This document shows, piece after piece, positions 33,300 to 44,487 of a stretch of DNA of 64,000 nucleotides. This DNA comes from Trueperaceae bacterium. Its GTDB lineage: Bacteria; Deinococcota; Deinococci; Deinococcales; Trueperaceae. Within the stretch, counting starts at the first letter, position 1. Each line of letters begins with the position of its first letter. The notes below the pieces were generated by a model. That model ran no database searches, was not told the DNA's origin, and saw only the letters and a program-made list of their open reading frames with translations. A program made the position numbers and the translations under genes. Where the stretch lies: assembly GCA_034521635.1 (NCBI GenBank), contig JAXHMC010000031.1, positions 62,677 to 126,676 of the forward strand, read 5' to 3'.

Positions 33300-34243
33300 T
33301 AGTCTTGTCCTTCTAGAAGAAACGTTTCGAGGTCGTCTAGTACGAGGTTCGCCGCGCCGATACCGATGCCGAGCATCCAGTAGTCGTCGGGGACGTTGTA
33401 GACGTTATCCGCTTCGACGGCGTCTAAGTTTTCCCAGAGCGGGGTGTCGGTCACGCGGGCGTAGTCGGTGTCTTGGCGGGGTCCGTAGGTGGTTACGAAG
33501 ATCACGTCGCCGTCCATCGCCGGAATCCCCTCGTCGCCGATAATGGCGGCGAAATCGTCGACGTCTTGGGCGTCGGGGCGCGGGAGCCCGACGTCTTCGA
33601 GGATGGTGCCGATAAAGCTCGCCCTCTGATAGAGGCGGATCTGGTTCGGGAGAAAGCGGACGACCGAGATCTCGGGTAGCGGGGTGCCGAGTCCGTCGCG
33701 TAAGGTTGCGGCTCGAGCGAAGTAGTCGGAGAGCAGTTCGCGTGCTTCGGCGCCGCGACCGAGCGCCTCGCCGTGGACGAGCAGGTTGTCTTGCCAGACC
33801 ACGCCGACCGTTTCGGTAAACACGGTCGGGGCGATGCGGGAGAGCTGGTCGTAGATAGACTCGTGACGGAGGCGGCTCGACAGGATGAGGTCGGGCTGTA
33901 ACGCTAGAATCGCTTCGAGGTTCGGATCGGCGATCGTTCCGACCGGCGTAATCCCGTCGGTGTCGAGATACTCTAAAAAGGTGCCACCCCCAAACGCGGT
34001 GACCGCGCCGACCGGTTTGACGCCTAGTGCGAGGGCGCTGTCGAGTTCGCCGGTGTCGAGTACGACCACGCGCTGCGGCGCGTCGGGCACGCAGCTTTCG
34101 CCCATAGCGTGCGAGATAAGCCGTCCTTCACAGCGCTCGCCCTGAGCGGTCGCGGAGCTTAGCGCCGCTACACCGAGCAGAAGCGCCCAGCAGAGTAGCG
34201 GTATGCTGACGATTTTTAGGATGGTGCGTTGTAAGTTGGTCAA
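33299..34243 (-). CDS. Iron-siderophore ABC transporter substrate-binding protein (second, tandem)
   Basis: Signal peptide. QRVVVLDTGELDSALALGVKPVG, DPNLEAILALQPDLIL. Confidence 0.8.
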   Translation of the reverse strand: MTNLQRTILKIVSIPLLCWALLLGVAALSSATAQGERCEGRLISHAMGESCVPDAPQRVVVLDTGELDSALALGVKPVGAVTAFGGGTFLEYLDTDGITPVGTIADPNLEAILALQPDLILSSRLRHESIYDQLSRIAPTVFTETVGVVWQDNLLVHGEALGRGAEARELLSDYFARAATLRDGLGTPLPEISVVRFLPNQIRLYQRASFIGTILEDVGLPRPDAQDVDDFAAIIGDEGIPAMDGDVIFVTTYGPRQDTDYARVTDTPLWENLDAVEADNVYNVPDDYWMLGIGIGAANLVLDDLETFLLEGQD

Positions 34244-34884
34244 GGTACTCCCTCGGGTGGTGCAGGCCGGGTCGGTCGTGACGCTCGGACGCGGCGCAGA
34301 GACGATCGAGATAGGGGCCGAAGATAATCCCGAGCGGCGGCGTCGGAATTACTGGGTATCATATGCCGATCTAATTCCGAGTGTCAAGCTTGGGATTAAG
34401 AGAAAACCTCGTCCTAGACGAAAATCGTAACGATTCCGAAACAGCACCGTACCGAAAGACGCGTCGAAAAAATCGTGTTTAAAGGTGTCGTGATCGAGCG
34501 TGTACCGGCACGACGCTAGCGCGTAGCGGTGCGCAGAGAAGCCGAAATAGAGACATATAGCAGTTTCGCGAAACGTTGCTCCACACAAAGCGTCACCATC
34601 GATATCTGTCGGATGTGATTGTTGCAGCATCATCTGGAATTGCTAATAGTAGAGGGGGGTACGTCGGCATTGGTGCTTACGGGCGACGTCTAGCGGACGA
34701 CCACCGTCTCCGACCGTCATTGTCTCCAACGTCGCAGAGACCGTTTTTCGCGCGGTCTACATCATCTATACTAGAATCACAACAACAACCTACGCCCCTG
34801 TAGTGACCACCCCAGCCTCCGCCTAAGGCTGGTTTCGAAACACCGCGCCGGTCCCCGCGACGCACCCCCTAGAAGGGAGCCCAT

Positions 34885-36849
34885 GTGGTTCAGCACGAGG
34901 TGGCTCAACAGAAGATCGTCACCGCCCCCGAAGACTCGGGCGACGTCGTCCTCGGGCGGACGCTGCCGTCGCTATTAGATGAGGCGTGTCGGCACTACGG
35001 CAACGAACGGGCGCTTAACCGCTACGTAGACGGGGCGTGGCAGTCGCTGTCGACTACGGCGTTTCGGGACCGCGCCGAGGCGCTCGCACTCGGGCTGCGC
35101 ACGATCGGGCTCGAGCCCCCCGACCGCGTTGCTTTCTATATGCGGAGCGACCCCGACTTCTGTGTCGCGGACATGGCCTGCCTGATGGCCGGGCTGACCG
35201 ACGTCCCGATCTACCTGACCCACAGCGACGAGGCGGTGCGGCACATCGTGACGGAGACGGAGGCTCGAGCCCTGATCGTTTCCGACGCCGCACTGCTCGG
35301 CGAGATTGCCTTTTTGTGGCGAGACGGTGACGGGGGAGGGCCCGAACACCTCATCCTCGCGACTAGCCCCGACAACCTCGCCGAGAGCTTACCGGACGAC
35401 CTGCCCGACACCTTAAACGTCACCACGCTAGAACGGCTCGAGCAAGACGGTCGTAGCGCGGACGAAGATGCCGCCGCCCTCAGAGACGGGATCCGACCCG
35501 ACGACCTCGCGACCATCATCTATACGTCGGGTACGACCGGCACCCCCAAGGGCGTCATGCTTAGCCACGAAAACATCAGCTTTAACGCGCTCGCCGCCTT
35601 TAGCGGCCTGCCCGGACTAGCGCGGCGCGACGAGGTCGCGATCTCCTTTCTGCCGCTCAGCCACGTCTTCGCCCGCACCCTCTACTACGGCTACCTCAAC
35701 TACGGCACGGCGGTCTACTTTACCGAGCCGGACGACCTCGGCGACCACCTGCAGGGCGTCGCCCCGACCATTATGGCGACGGTGCCGCGCGTCCTCGAAA
35801 AGGTGCTCGACCGGATCAAGGCGCGGGGCCGTAGCCTAAGCGGGGTGCAGCGCTGGCTGTTCGCGTGGTCGTTCGGGGTCGCCGAACGCTACGACGTAAC
35901 CGACCCGCCGAGCGGCCTAGACGCGGTGCAGCACCGGCTTGCCGATACGCTCGCCTTTTCGCGCTGGCGCGAGGGGTTCGGCGGACGGCTGCGGTGGGTG
36001 ATCGTCGGCGGCGCGGCGCTGCGGCCCAAGCTCGGCCATATGTTGGGGGCGGCGGGGCTAGACGTGCTGCAGGGTTACGGCCTGACCGAGACCAGCCCGG
36101 TCATCAGCTTTAACCGCCCGGACGACAACCGGCCCGAAACGGTCGGCCCGCCGATCGCCGGAACCGAGGTGACGCTAAGTGACGAACAGGAGATTCTGAC
36201 GCGCGGCCCGCACGTGATGCAGGGCTACTTTCGTCAGCCGGACAAGACCGCCGAAACCATCGACGACGACGGCTGGCTCCATACCGGCGACCGGGGCGAG
36301 CTTAGCGACGACGGCTTTTTAAAGATTACCGGACGGCTCAAGAATCTGTTTAAGCTCTCGACCGGTAAGTACGTGATGCCGCAACCGATCGAAGACGACC
36401 TCGCCGGTCAGGACGTTATCGATCACGCGGTGGTGGTCGGCGAGGGGCGGAAATACTGCGCGGCGCTGCTCTTTATCGACGCGGCGCAGCTCGCGGCCTG
36501 TGCCGACGAGCGGGGGGTGACGAGAGACGAGGCGCTTGTCGACGCGGCGTTTCGGGAGCGGGTGAAAGAGGCGGTGGCTCGAGCCAACGCACCCCTCCCG
36601 CATTGGTCGAGGGTCAAACGCGCCGCTTTAATCGACGCCGAACTCACCACCGACAACGGCATGCTGACCCCGACGCTCAAGGTGCGCCGCCAGAAGGTTG
36701 TCGACGATTACCACGACCGGGTCGAGGCGATCTACGACGCCGACCCCGACCAGGAACCGACCATCCTCGAAATTATCGCGCCCGACAACGACGAGCGCCG
36801 CGAGCAGAACGCGCCCGAGGCCGATCCGCCCGAAGCGGTTCGGAGTTAG
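34885..36849 (+). CDS. fadD: Long-chain-fatty-acid--CoA ligase (AMP-dependent synthetase)
   Basis: AMP-binding signature IIYTSGTTGTPKGVMLSHENI plus the downstream GYGLTETSP and TGDRGE motifs. GTG start. Confidence 0.85.
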   Translation: MVQHEVAQQKIVTAPEDSGDVVLGRTLPSLLDEACRHYGNERALNRYVDGAWQSLSTTAFRDRAEALALGLRTIGLEPPDRVAFYMRSDPDFCVADMACLMAGLTDVPIYLTHSDEAVRHIVTETEARALIVSDAALLGEIAFLWRDGDGGGPEHLILATSPDNLAESLPDDLPDTLNVTTLERLEQDGRSADEDAAALRDGIRPDDLATIIYTSGTTGTPKGVMLSHENISFNALAAFSGLPGLARRDEVAISFLPLSHVFARTLYYGYLNYGTAVYFTEPDDLGDHLQGVAPTIMATVPRVLEKVLDRIKARGRSLSGVQRWLFAWSFGVAERYDVTDPPSGLDAVQHRLADTLAFSRWREGFGGRLRWVIVGGAALRPKLGHMLGAAGLDVLQGYGLTETSPVISFNRPDDNRPETVGPPIAGTEVTLSDEQEILTRGPHVMQGYFRQPDKTAETIDDDGWLHTGDRGELSDDGFLKITGRLKNLFKLSTGKYVMPQPIEDDLAGQDVIDHAVVVGEGRKYCAALLFIDAAQLAACADERGVTRDEALVDAAFRERVKEAVARANAPLPHWSRVKRAALIDAELTTDNGMLTPTLKVRRQKVVDDYHDRVEAIYDADPDQEPTILEIIAPDNDERREQNAPEADPPEAVRS

Positions 36850-36987
36850 CTGGGGGCATATTTATGATGACGGACAGCAGTACGACAACAGCATGACAAC
36901 ACCCTAGCCAGAAGACGCTACCCGAGGCTGATACATTGATCCGAAACGACCTCGCCGAACACGACAGACCGAAAGGAGCGACCGCCG

Positions 36988-38331
36988 ATGGCGACAAAAT
37001 TAGACGACCTAGCGAAGCAGATCGACCCGAGGAAGCTCGCCGAACTCGCCGACAAGGTCGATATAGACGCGTTGCTCGAGCGGGTGTCCCGGCTCGACGC
37101 CGACACCCTGCAGAGCCTGATGAGGACGTTGCAAAAACAGACCGAGCCGCTCGACATGCCCGCACCCGACGGCGACTTCTACGCTATCGCCGACACCCTA
37201 AGCGACGAACAGCGCGAACTCCAGCGGCGCGTCCGTGACTTTATGGAGACGGAGGTCGCACCGATCATCAACGACTACTGGTCGCGCGACACCTTTCCGC
37301 AGCAGCTTATCGCCCAGTTTCGCGACCTCGACCTCGTCCGGCATATCTACGACGAGCGGGGCGAGCGCCGCCCGGACGCTTCGGTCACCGAGGGGATCAT
37401 CACCATGGAGATGGCCCGGGTCGACGTGTCGACCGCGACCTTTTTCGGGGTGCAGTCCGGTCTGGTGATGGCGTCGGTCGCGGTCGGCGGAAGCGACGAG
37501 CAGAAGCGCGCGTGGATCCCGAAGCTGCGCGACCTAGAACAGATCGGCGCCTTCGGCCTGACCGAGCCCGAGGTCGGTTCGGCGATCTCTAAAGGGATGC
37601 AGACGCGTTGCCGCCGCGACGACGACGGCTGGGTGCTAAACGGCGAAAAGTACTGGATCGGTAACGCCACCTTCGCCGACGTGATCGTGGTCTGGGCCAA
37701 AGACGAAGACGACGGACAGGTCAAGGGCTTTCTGGTGCCGGGCCAGGCGGAGGGGCTGCGGGTCGAAAAGATTACCGGCAAGATCGCGCTCCGGGCGGTC
37801 GAAAACGGTCACGTGTTTCTAGACAACTGCCGCGTAGACGACTCGGCCCGGCTCGCTAACGCCGACTCGTTTCGCCAGACCAGCGACGTGTTGCGCATGA
37901 CTCGGGCCGGGGTAGCCTGGCAGGCGGTCGGGGCGGCGATGGGCGCCTACGAAAAGACGCTCGCCTACACCCAGTCGCGCCAGCAGTTTAAGCGTCCTAT
38001 CGCGAACTTTCAGCTTGTCCAGGAGAAGCTCGTGCGGATGCTCGGCAACGTCACCGCGATGCAGACGATGTGTCTGCGTCTCTCTCGGCTCCAGGACGCC
38101 GGTCGGATGAGCGACGCCCAGGCCTCGCTCGCGAAGGTCTTCGCCGCCCAGAAGTGCCGCGAGACGGTCGCCCTCGGACGCGAACTGCACGGCGGCAAGG
38201 GGATCCTGCTAGAAACCGATATCGCCCGTCTCTTTAGCGACGCCGAAGCGATCTACTCCTACGAAGGCACCCACGAGATCAACAGCCTGGTGGTGGGCCG
38301 CGCGATCACCGGCCTCGGGGCGTTTGTGTAG
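36988..38331 (+). CDS. Acyl-CoA dehydrogenase (glutaryl-CoA dehydrogenase-like) with N-terminal extension
   Basis: [30 protein letters not shown]-terminal [21 protein letters not shown]. Confidence 0.85.
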   Translation: MATKLDDLAKQIDPRKLAELADKVDIDALLERVSRLDADTLQSLMRTLQKQTEPLDMPAPDGDFYAIADTLSDEQRELQRRVRDFMETEVAPIINDYWSRDTFPQQLIAQFRDLDLVRHIYDERGERRPDASVTEGIITMEMARVDVSTATFFGVQSGLVMASVAVGGSDEQKRAWIPKLRDLEQIGAFGLTEPEVGSAISKGMQTRCRRDDDGWVLNGEKYWIGNATFADVIVVWAKDEDDGQVKGFLVPGQAEGLRVEKITGKIALRAVENGHVFLDNCRVDDSARLANADSFRQTSDVLRMTRAGVAWQAVGAAMGAYEKTLAYTQSRQQFKRPIANFQLVQEKLVRMLGNVTAMQTMCLRLSRLQDAGRMSDAQASLAKVFAAQKCRETVALGRELHGGKGILLETDIARLFSDAEAIYSYEGTHEINSLVVGRAITGLGAFV

Positions 38332-38728
38332 TCTCGCGCCGCATAGTCTCGCGCTACGTAGTCTCACGCTGGTTCGGGTCGGCTCACGCGTAACGGCGGA
38401 CCGACCCGAGTAGGACGAGGAAGAAGGTGCGGATAGCGCGGTACGGAGTGTCGTCCGAGCTTTTTACGAACGACGCAAAGAGAGGCCGAAACCGTATCGG
38501 ACGTGCTGCTGTAGCGGTACGCGGGCGGCTCGCAGCGTCCGCACCGCTCGGCGAAATGTATAAAAAGGTGCATAATTCTCGTGTGTGACCTTCACCGAGA
38601 GCTCATCGAAACCGTCACGCACGGCCAAGTCTTAGATGCCCTGTCTGTATATGCTATACTAAATCACGCAGCTAGACGTACGCACACGTGCGCTAGGGCG
38701 TAGACACCGCGCCAAGAAAGGGAGACCT

Positions 38729-39043
38729 ATGACCGACGACAAGCTCCGTCAACGCGTTACGCCGACCGACGAACGCCCCTGGTACGACACGGCAACCGGA
38801 GTGAGAACGGCTGTGCTCTCACCGCCTACACTACGTGTCGCGCTCGTGCTGCTTATGATCTGTCTTAGTCTGCTCCTCGTCGCGGCGCTGCCGCTCTGGC
38901 TCAAGCTTAGCGGCGAGACGCTCGGACTTAGCGCGCTCGCGTGGGGCGTGGTTACGCTACGCAGTGCGCAGGAGCGCGACCTTGAAGCGAAGCGGGCTCG
39001 AGCCCTCCTCCTCGCCCCCGCCTCCCGCCGTACCCGGCGCTAG
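38729..39043 (+). CDS. Small hypothetical membrane protein
   Basis: 104-aa ORF with two predicted TM helices. Low support. Confidence 0.3.
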   Translation: MTDDKLRQRVTPTDERPWYDTATGVRTAVLSPPTLRVALVLLMICLSLLLVAALPLWLKLSGETLGLSALAWGVVTLRSAQERDLEAKRARALLLAPASRRTRR

Positions 39044-39074
39044 CGTCTCGCTGCCGAACACCCCTTAAACGCCA

Positions 39075-39827
39075 CTAAAAAAGATACAGACCCCCTTCCT
39101 CCCCTTTAGCGATATTGGGGAAGGTCTTTCTCGCCTCCTCGATGGCCGCTTCGTCTAGCAGCGCTTCGGGCGGCAGGTGCACGAGCAGCACCTCTTTAAC
39201 GCCCGCGTCGAGCGCGACTTCGGCGGCGTCCTGGGCGGTCGCGTGGCCGTCGATGTCGCCGTTGGCTTCGTGCACGAGCAGCACCGACTGCTTGGCGAGT
39301 TCGGTGATGGCATCACTCTTTTCGGTGTCGCACGAGTAGGTCAGCACGCCGCCCCCCGCCTTGTCGAGTACCCGCAATCCGATCACCGGTACGGAGTGCG
39401 TGCCGGGCGAGGCGACGATCTGCCAGTGCTCGTTGTCGAGCACGGTGCTGTGCGCCTCATGGGAGACCTCGTGCCAGCGGATGTCGGGCAGCCCCTTAAA
39501 GCCGCTCATGTCGAAGCTCTCGAAACTGCGCCGCGCCTGTTCGAGTGCGGGCGCGATGCCGTACACGTCGATCGGGTCGCGCCGTCCGGCGATCCAGATC
39601 TTCTGCATAAAGAGCGGAAAGCCGCTGACGTGGTCGGCGTGTTCGTGGGTGATGATCAGCGCGTCGATGCTGTCTAGATCGACATTAGCGGCCATCAGAC
39701 GCTGGACGACGTCGCCGCCGCAGTCGACGACCACGACCGAATCGTCGTTTTCGACGGCGAGCATGGTGGTGGTGCGGTGCGGGTCGCTAACGGACGCGCC
39801 GGTGCCGAGTAGGTGGAGTCTGGCCAT
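39075..39827 (-). CDS. MBL-fold metallo-hydrolase
   Basis: Metallo-beta-lactamase His motif ITHEHADHVSG and downstream His/Asp ligands. Confidence 0.75.
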   Translation of the reverse strand: MARLHLLGTGASVSDPHRTTTMLAVENDDSVVVVDCGGDVVQRLMAANVDLDSIDALIITHEHADHVSGFPLFMQKIWIAGRRDPIDVYGIAPALEQARRSFESFDMSGFKGLPDIRWHEVSHEAHSTVLDNEHWQIVASPGTHSVPVIGLRVLDKAGGGVLTYSCDTEKSDAITELAKQSVLLVHEANGDIDGHATAQDAAEVALDAGVKEVLLVHLPPEALLDEAAIEEARKTFPNIAKGEEGGLYLF

Positions 39828-40303
39828 AGACGGTTCCTTTCACAGAGGCTCGTGGCGGAGGCTTGTAGCGAAGGCTTGTAGCCCCGGTGTTTAGTGTAAC
39901 AAAGTTTACAAGGGCTGTCGGGTGAAACGTTCGGTGTCGGAGGGGCTCGAGCCTCGCGGTGTCGCAGTTTCGGCCCGCTTCGGTAACGGCGTCGGTGAGG
40001 TGTGGCTCGAGCTCCTCCGGTAACGTTACAAACGCCTTCTCGCGACGCCGCGTCGCTCATAATCGTCCTGTGTCGCTACCGTGACGCTATTTTCGTATTC
40101 TCGCGTTGTGCCAGAGGCGCGCTACCGTTTGGTCTCACCCCTAAAACACGTAAAGGGTAGCAGATCTCGTCACATTAGAAAACAGTAAGCAGAACAGGTC
40201 GCCAGAACCAGATCGACAGAGCAGGTCGGCGCTGCGAGCGTAAGGCTCCTAAGCGTAAGGCTCCTAAAGGTTTGCCTTCACGTTACGGTGTAGCTTAGTA
40301 GCC

Positions 40304-42136
40304 ATGTCTGACGCACACGAGTCCGTTCATCCCCCGTCTGTTCATCCCCCGTCTGTCCACCCCCTGTGGCGCTTGTGGCGCTACGCTGGCAAGCACCGCC
40401 CCCGTATCGCGTGGGCGACGCTGTTTTCGGTGCTTAACAAAGCCTTCGATCTGGCCCCGCCGATCCTGATCGGGGTCGCGGTCGATACGGTGGTTTTGCA
40501 GGAGGGGTCGTTTTTGGCGCGGCTCGGCTTTACCGAGGTGATGACCCAGCTCTGGGTGCTTGCCGGTTTGACGGTAGCGGTGTGGGGGCTCGAGTCGGTG
40601 TCGGAGTACGTCTACCAGATCTTCTGGCGTAACCTCGCCCAGACCCTCCAGCACGACCTGCGGGTCGACGGCTACGACCACGTCCAGCGGCTCAAGCTTG
40701 CCTATTTCGAGGACCAGAGCAGTGGCGGGCTGATGGCGGTGCTAAACGACGACATCAACCAGCTCGAGCGCTTTCTAGACGTCGGTGCGAACGATATTTT
40801 GCAGGTACTCACCACGGTGGTGCTGGTCGGGCTGCTTTTCTTCGGCGTCGCGCCGGGGGTGGCCTGGCTAGCGTTTCTGCCGATACCGCTTATTATCTGG
40901 GGGTCGTTTCGTTTCCAGCAGCGGATCGCGCCGCGCTACGCCGAGGTGCGCGAACAGGTCGGCCTTCTAAACGCTCAGCTCGCGAACAACTTGGGCGGCA
41001 TCGCGACCATTAAGAGCTTCGCCGCCGAATCATTCGAAACCGAGCGGATCCGTACTGAGAGTAACGTCTACCGCGACAGCAACCGTCACGCGATCCGGCT
41101 GAGTTCGGCGTTTGTGCCGCTTATCCGTATGGCGATCGTGGCCGGGTTTATCGCGACGCTCGTCTACGGCGGCTACCTGACCACGACCGGCACGCTCGCG
41201 GTAGGCGTGTACAGCACGCTCGTCTTTATGACCCAGCGGCTGCTGTGGCCCCTGACTCGGCTCGGTCAGACCTTCGACCTCTATCAGCGGGCGATGGCGT
41301 CGACGCGGCGGGTGTTTCGGCTGCTCGACACCGACGCGAAGCTGTCGAACGGCGAACGCTCGCTACAGGCCGACGACGTGGCGGGCGAGTTTAGGCTCGA
41401 GCACGTCCACTTCTCCTACCAGGACGGTCCGGCGGTGCTGCGCGACGTCTCGCTGACGCTGCCTGCCGGCCAGACCAGCGCGATCGTCGGCGCGACCGGG
41501 GCGGGCAAAAGCACCCTCGTGAAGCTACTGCTCCGGTTCTACGACCCCACCGAAGGCCGCGTGACCCTCGACGGCGTCGACCTGCGCGAGTTTAAGCTCG
41601 CCGACCTGCGCCGCAGCATCGGTTTTGTCAGCCAGGACGTGTTTCTGTTTCCGGGCTCGGTACGCGACAACATCGCCTACAGCGACCCCGACGCCGACCT
41701 GGACAAAGTGATGTGGGCGGCTAACGTCGCCGAAGCGCACGACTTTATCGAACGTCTGCCGCAGGGCTACGACACGGTGGTCGGCGAACGCGGTCAGAAG
41801 CTGTCGGGTGGGCAGCGGCAACGGCTTTCGATCGCCCGGGCGGTGCTTAAAAACCCGCCGGTTCTGGTGCTCGACGAAGCGACTTCGGCGGTCGACAACG
41901 AAACCGAAGCGGCCATCCAGCGCTCGCTCGCGCGGCTGTCGGTCGGACGCACCGTCATACTTATTGCCCACCGCCTCTCGACGGTTCGCGGCGCCGACCA
42001 GATCTACGTGCTCGAGCACGGACGCCTCGCCGAAGCCGGACGACACGAAGAGCTGCTCGATCAGCAGGGCATCTACGCCGCACTCTGGCAGGTGCAGACC
42101 GGCGAACGCGCGGCGCAGACCTTCGCGAGCGATTAG
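40304..42136 (+). CDS. ABC exporter, fused permease/ATPase (MsbA-like)
   Basis: Six-TM N-terminal domain. Walker [10 protein letters not shown], signature [13 protein letters not shown], Walker [13 protein letters not shown]. The N-terminus carries a tandem HPPSV duplication. Confidence 0.85.
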   Translation: MSDAHESVHPPSVHPPSVHPLWRLWRYAGKHRPRIAWATLFSVLNKAFDLAPPILIGVAVDTVVLQEGSFLARLGFTEVMTQLWVLAGLTVAVWGLESVSEYVYQIFWRNLAQTLQHDLRVDGYDHVQRLKLAYFEDQSSGGLMAVLNDDINQLERFLDVGANDILQVLTTVVLVGLLFFGVAPGVAWLAFLPIPLIIWGSFRFQQRIAPRYAEVREQVGLLNAQLANNLGGIATIKSFAAESFETERIRTESNVYRDSNRHAIRLSSAFVPLIRMAIVAGFIATLVYGGYLTTTGTLAVGVYSTLVFMTQRLLWPLTRLGQTFDLYQRAMASTRRVFRLLDTDAKLSNGERSLQADDVAGEFRLEHVHFSYQDGPAVLRDVSLTLPAGQTSAIVGATGAGKSTLVKLLLRFYDPTEGRVTLDGVDLREFKLADLRRSIGFVSQDVFLFPGSVRDNIAYSDPDADLDKVMWAANVAEAHDFIERLPQGYDTVVGERGQKLSGGQRQRLSIARAVLKNPPVLVLDEATSAVDNETEAAIQRSLARLSVGRTVILIAHRLSTVRGADQIYVLEHGRLAEAGRHEELLDQQGIYAALWQVQTGERAAQTFASD

Positions 42137-42152
42137 CATCCCCTACCAAAAC

Positions 42153-42180
42153 AAAAACCTCGGGCCGAAACCCGAGGTCG
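42153..42180 (-). terminator. Intrinsic terminator for rpmE (minus strand), between convergent genes
   Basis: Stem CCTCGGG/CCCGAGG (42158-42164 / 42171-42177), loop CCGAAA. On the minus strand it is followed by UUUUUGUUUU (plus-strand AAAACAAAAA). Confidence 0.6.
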
Positions 42181-42201
42181 CTCTGTGCGCGTGCGGTCTG
42201 C

Positions 42202-42426
42202 TTAGCTCTTTTTTCTGTCGCGCCGGTAGCTCTCGCCGAAACGCTTCTGAAACTTTTCGACGCGGCCTTCGGTGTCGATAAAGCGCTGCTGACCGGTGTA
42301 GAAGGGGTGGTTGCCGCTCCACACGTCGACGCTAAACTTGTCTTGGGTGCTGTAGGTCTCCATAACGACTTCGCCGTCACAGATAACCTGGGTCTTTTGT
42401 AGCTTGGGGTGGATGTCTTCTTTCAT
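42202..42426 (-). CDS. rpmE: 50S ribosomal protein L31
   Basis: [10 protein letters not shown]...CDGE...[11 protein letters not shown]...RFQKRFG: full-length L31 signature. Confidence 0.95.
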   Translation of the reverse strand: MKEDIHPKLQKTQVICDGEVVMETYSTQDKFSVDVWSGNHPFYTGQQRFIDTEGRVEKFQKRFGESYRRDRKKS

Positions 42427-42609
42427 GGTGTCTCCTCGGTAGGGGTTTAGCTGTACCTATCTTAGTTGCGCCCGGTGGCGCGCTCGTCCGGATAATGCCG
42501 TCGCTCGGGCAAACGCTTTCTATCATAGCAAAAAACGGTGGTGGCGTGTGGTTTAGTGCGTCGTTACTTTGTCGCCTGTCGTGTCGGCGTGATGATTCAG
42601 GGCTGACGG

Positions 42610-43062
42610 TTAGGGCTCGAGCCCCACTTGGTGTTCGCCGACCTGACGCTTGAGACGGCCCATAATCGCCTCCATACCGCGTAGCCGTAGCGGCGAGATG
42701 ACTTCGGCGAGGCCCATGTCGGTGTAGAAGTCGTTAGGTGTGGCGAGAACTTCGGCGGGCTCGAGCCCACTCAGCCCCTCGGACAGAATCCCGGCAAAGC
42801 CGCGCGTGGTCGGTGCTTCGGGCGGCGCGTCGAAGTGAAACAGCACCCGCTCGCCCCGCACCTCGGTCGCGACAAAAAAGGGCGTCTGGCACTCGTGGAC
42901 GCGCTCCATCTGGTCCTGGTTGTCGCTGAGGTGGGCGGGCAGGGGCGGCACCTTTTTAGAAAACTCGAGCAGCAGCTGGAGCCGCAGTTTGCCCGGCACC
43001 GACTTAAACGCGCCGATAATGTCTTGCAGCTTTTCGGGGACGTGTGTTTCGGAAGCACTCAT
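42610..43062 (-). CDS. sufE: Cysteine desulfuration protein SufE
   Basis: 150-aa protein starting MSASETHVPEKLQDIIGAFK..., with the conserved ...ECQTPFFV... Cys region. The ORF track merges it into a 488-aa antisense ORF; the true start is the ATG at 43062. Confidence 0.8.
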   Translation of the reverse strand: MSASETHVPEKLQDIIGAFKSVPGKLRLQLLLEFSKKVPPLPAHLSDNQDQMERVHECQTPFFVATEVRGERVLFHFDAPPEAPTTRGFAGILSEGLSGLEPAEVLATPNDFYTDMGLAEVISPLRLRGMEAIMGRLKRQVGEHQVGLEP

Positions 43063-43200
43063 ACGTCTAGCATACTGAATTTGTCGCCGCGCTTCGGGCG
43101 GATACTCTACGTTTGTGCGGCTGGTCGGCCCATTTGTCGGCGTACCTAACCGCGACGATTGACGAGACGTTAGGCGAGGCGGGGTGTTATCGTAACCGAC

Positions 43201-44487
43201 ATGCTTAGCTACCCTGACCAGCTCGAAATCGTTCCGAAGCGGGTCGTCGACGCCCGCCGCAGCGTGCCCGGCTCTAAAAGCCTGACCAACCGGGCGTTTG
43301 TCGTCGCGGCGCTCGCGACCGGGCGTTCGGTTCTGCACGACGTGCTTATCGCTGAAGACAGCGAGGTGATGATCGGGGCGCTCCGTCAGCTCGATTTTAG
43401 CGTCACGCTGACCGGTATCACCGCGACTGTCGAGGGCCGGGCCGGGGCGATTCCGGCGGACGCGGCGACGCTCGACCTCCGGCTGTCGGGCACGTCGATC
43501 CGCTTTCTGACGGCGCTCGTCGCGCTCGGTCGGGGTGACTACCGGCTCGACGGTACGGCGCGGATGCGCGAACGGCCTATCGGCGATCTGCTCGCGGCGC
43601 TTTCCGAACTCGGCGCGTCGGTCGGTACCGAGTTGGGCAACGACTGCCCGCCGGTTATCGTCCGGGCGGACGGGCTTGGCGGCGGCGCGGCGACGATCGC
43701 GGGGGGGCGTTCGTCGCAGTATCTGTCGGCGCTGCTGATGGCGGCGCCCTACGCCCGCAACCCGGTCACGCTGCGCGTCGAGGGGGTGCTCCAGTCGAAG
43801 CCGTTTATCGATATGACGATCGAACTGATGCGAGACTTCGGCGTCGACGTGGTGCGGGAGGGTTACGAGCGTTTCGAGATCGCGCCGGGGGTGTACCAGG
43901 CTAGAGAATACGCCGTCGAAGGTGACGCGATGGCGGCGGGCTACCTGTGGGCGGCGGCGGCGGTGACCGGGGGCCGGGTCACGGTGACGAATCTGGGGGA
44001 GGGCTCGAGCCAGGGCGACAAGCGCCTCGCCGACGTCCTCGGGTCGATGGGTTGTAGCGTCGGTTGGAGCGAACACGAGGTCGCGGTCGCGGCCCCCGCC
44101 GACGGCGTGCTGCGCGGCGGACGTTTCGACCTCAACGATATGCCCGACCAGGCCCAGACCCTCGCGGTCGTCGCGCTTTTCGCCGACCGACCGGTGCGTA
44201 TCGACAACATCTGGAACCTCCGGATCAAAGAGACCGACCGGCTGCGGGCGCTCGCGACCGAGCTGCGCAAGTTCGGCACCGAAGTCACCGAGGGCGACGA
44301 CTACATCGTGGTAAACCCGTTAGAGACGCCGCCGCCCGGACGTGTGATCGTCGACAGCTACGGCGACCACCGGATGGCGATGGCGTTCGCGCTCGCCGGG
44401 CTGCGCCTGCCCGGTGTGGTGATCGACAACCCGGCCTGCGTCGCCAAAACCTTTCCCGACTTTTTTCGGGTGCTCGCCGACCTGTAG
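43201..44487 (+). CDS. aroA: 3-phosphoshikimate 1-carboxyvinyltransferase (EPSP synthase)
   Basis: PGSKSLTNRAFVVAALA, LDLRLSGTSIRFL, DHRMAMAFALAGL: the full EPSPS pattern. Confidence 0.95.
   Translation: MLSYPDQLEIVPKRVVDARRSVPGSKSLTNRAFVVAALATGRSVLHDVLIAEDSEVMIGALRQLDFSVTLTGITATVEGRAGAIPADAATLDLRLSGTSIRFLTALVALGRGDYRLDGTARMRERPIGDLLAALSELGASVGTELGNDCPPVIVRADGLGGGAATIAGGRSSQYLSALLMAAPYARNPVTLRVEGVLQSKPFIDMTIELMRDFGVDVVREGYERFEIAPGVYQAREYAVEGDAMAAGYLWAAAAVTGGRVTVTNLGEGSSQGDKRLADVLGSMGCSVGWSEHEVAVAAPADGVLRGGRFDLNDMPDQAQTLAVVALFADRPVRIDNIWNLRIKETDRLRALATELRKFGTEVTEGDDYIVVNPLETPPPGRVIVDSYGDHRMAMAFALAGLRLPGVVIDNPACVAKTFPDFFRVLADL

Noticed and set aside
42610-44076. 488-aa minus-strand ORF overlapping aroA
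   Set aside because: Antisense artefact of high GC. Only its last 150 codons (42610-43062) are a real gene (sufE); the rest is antisense to the well-supported aroA.
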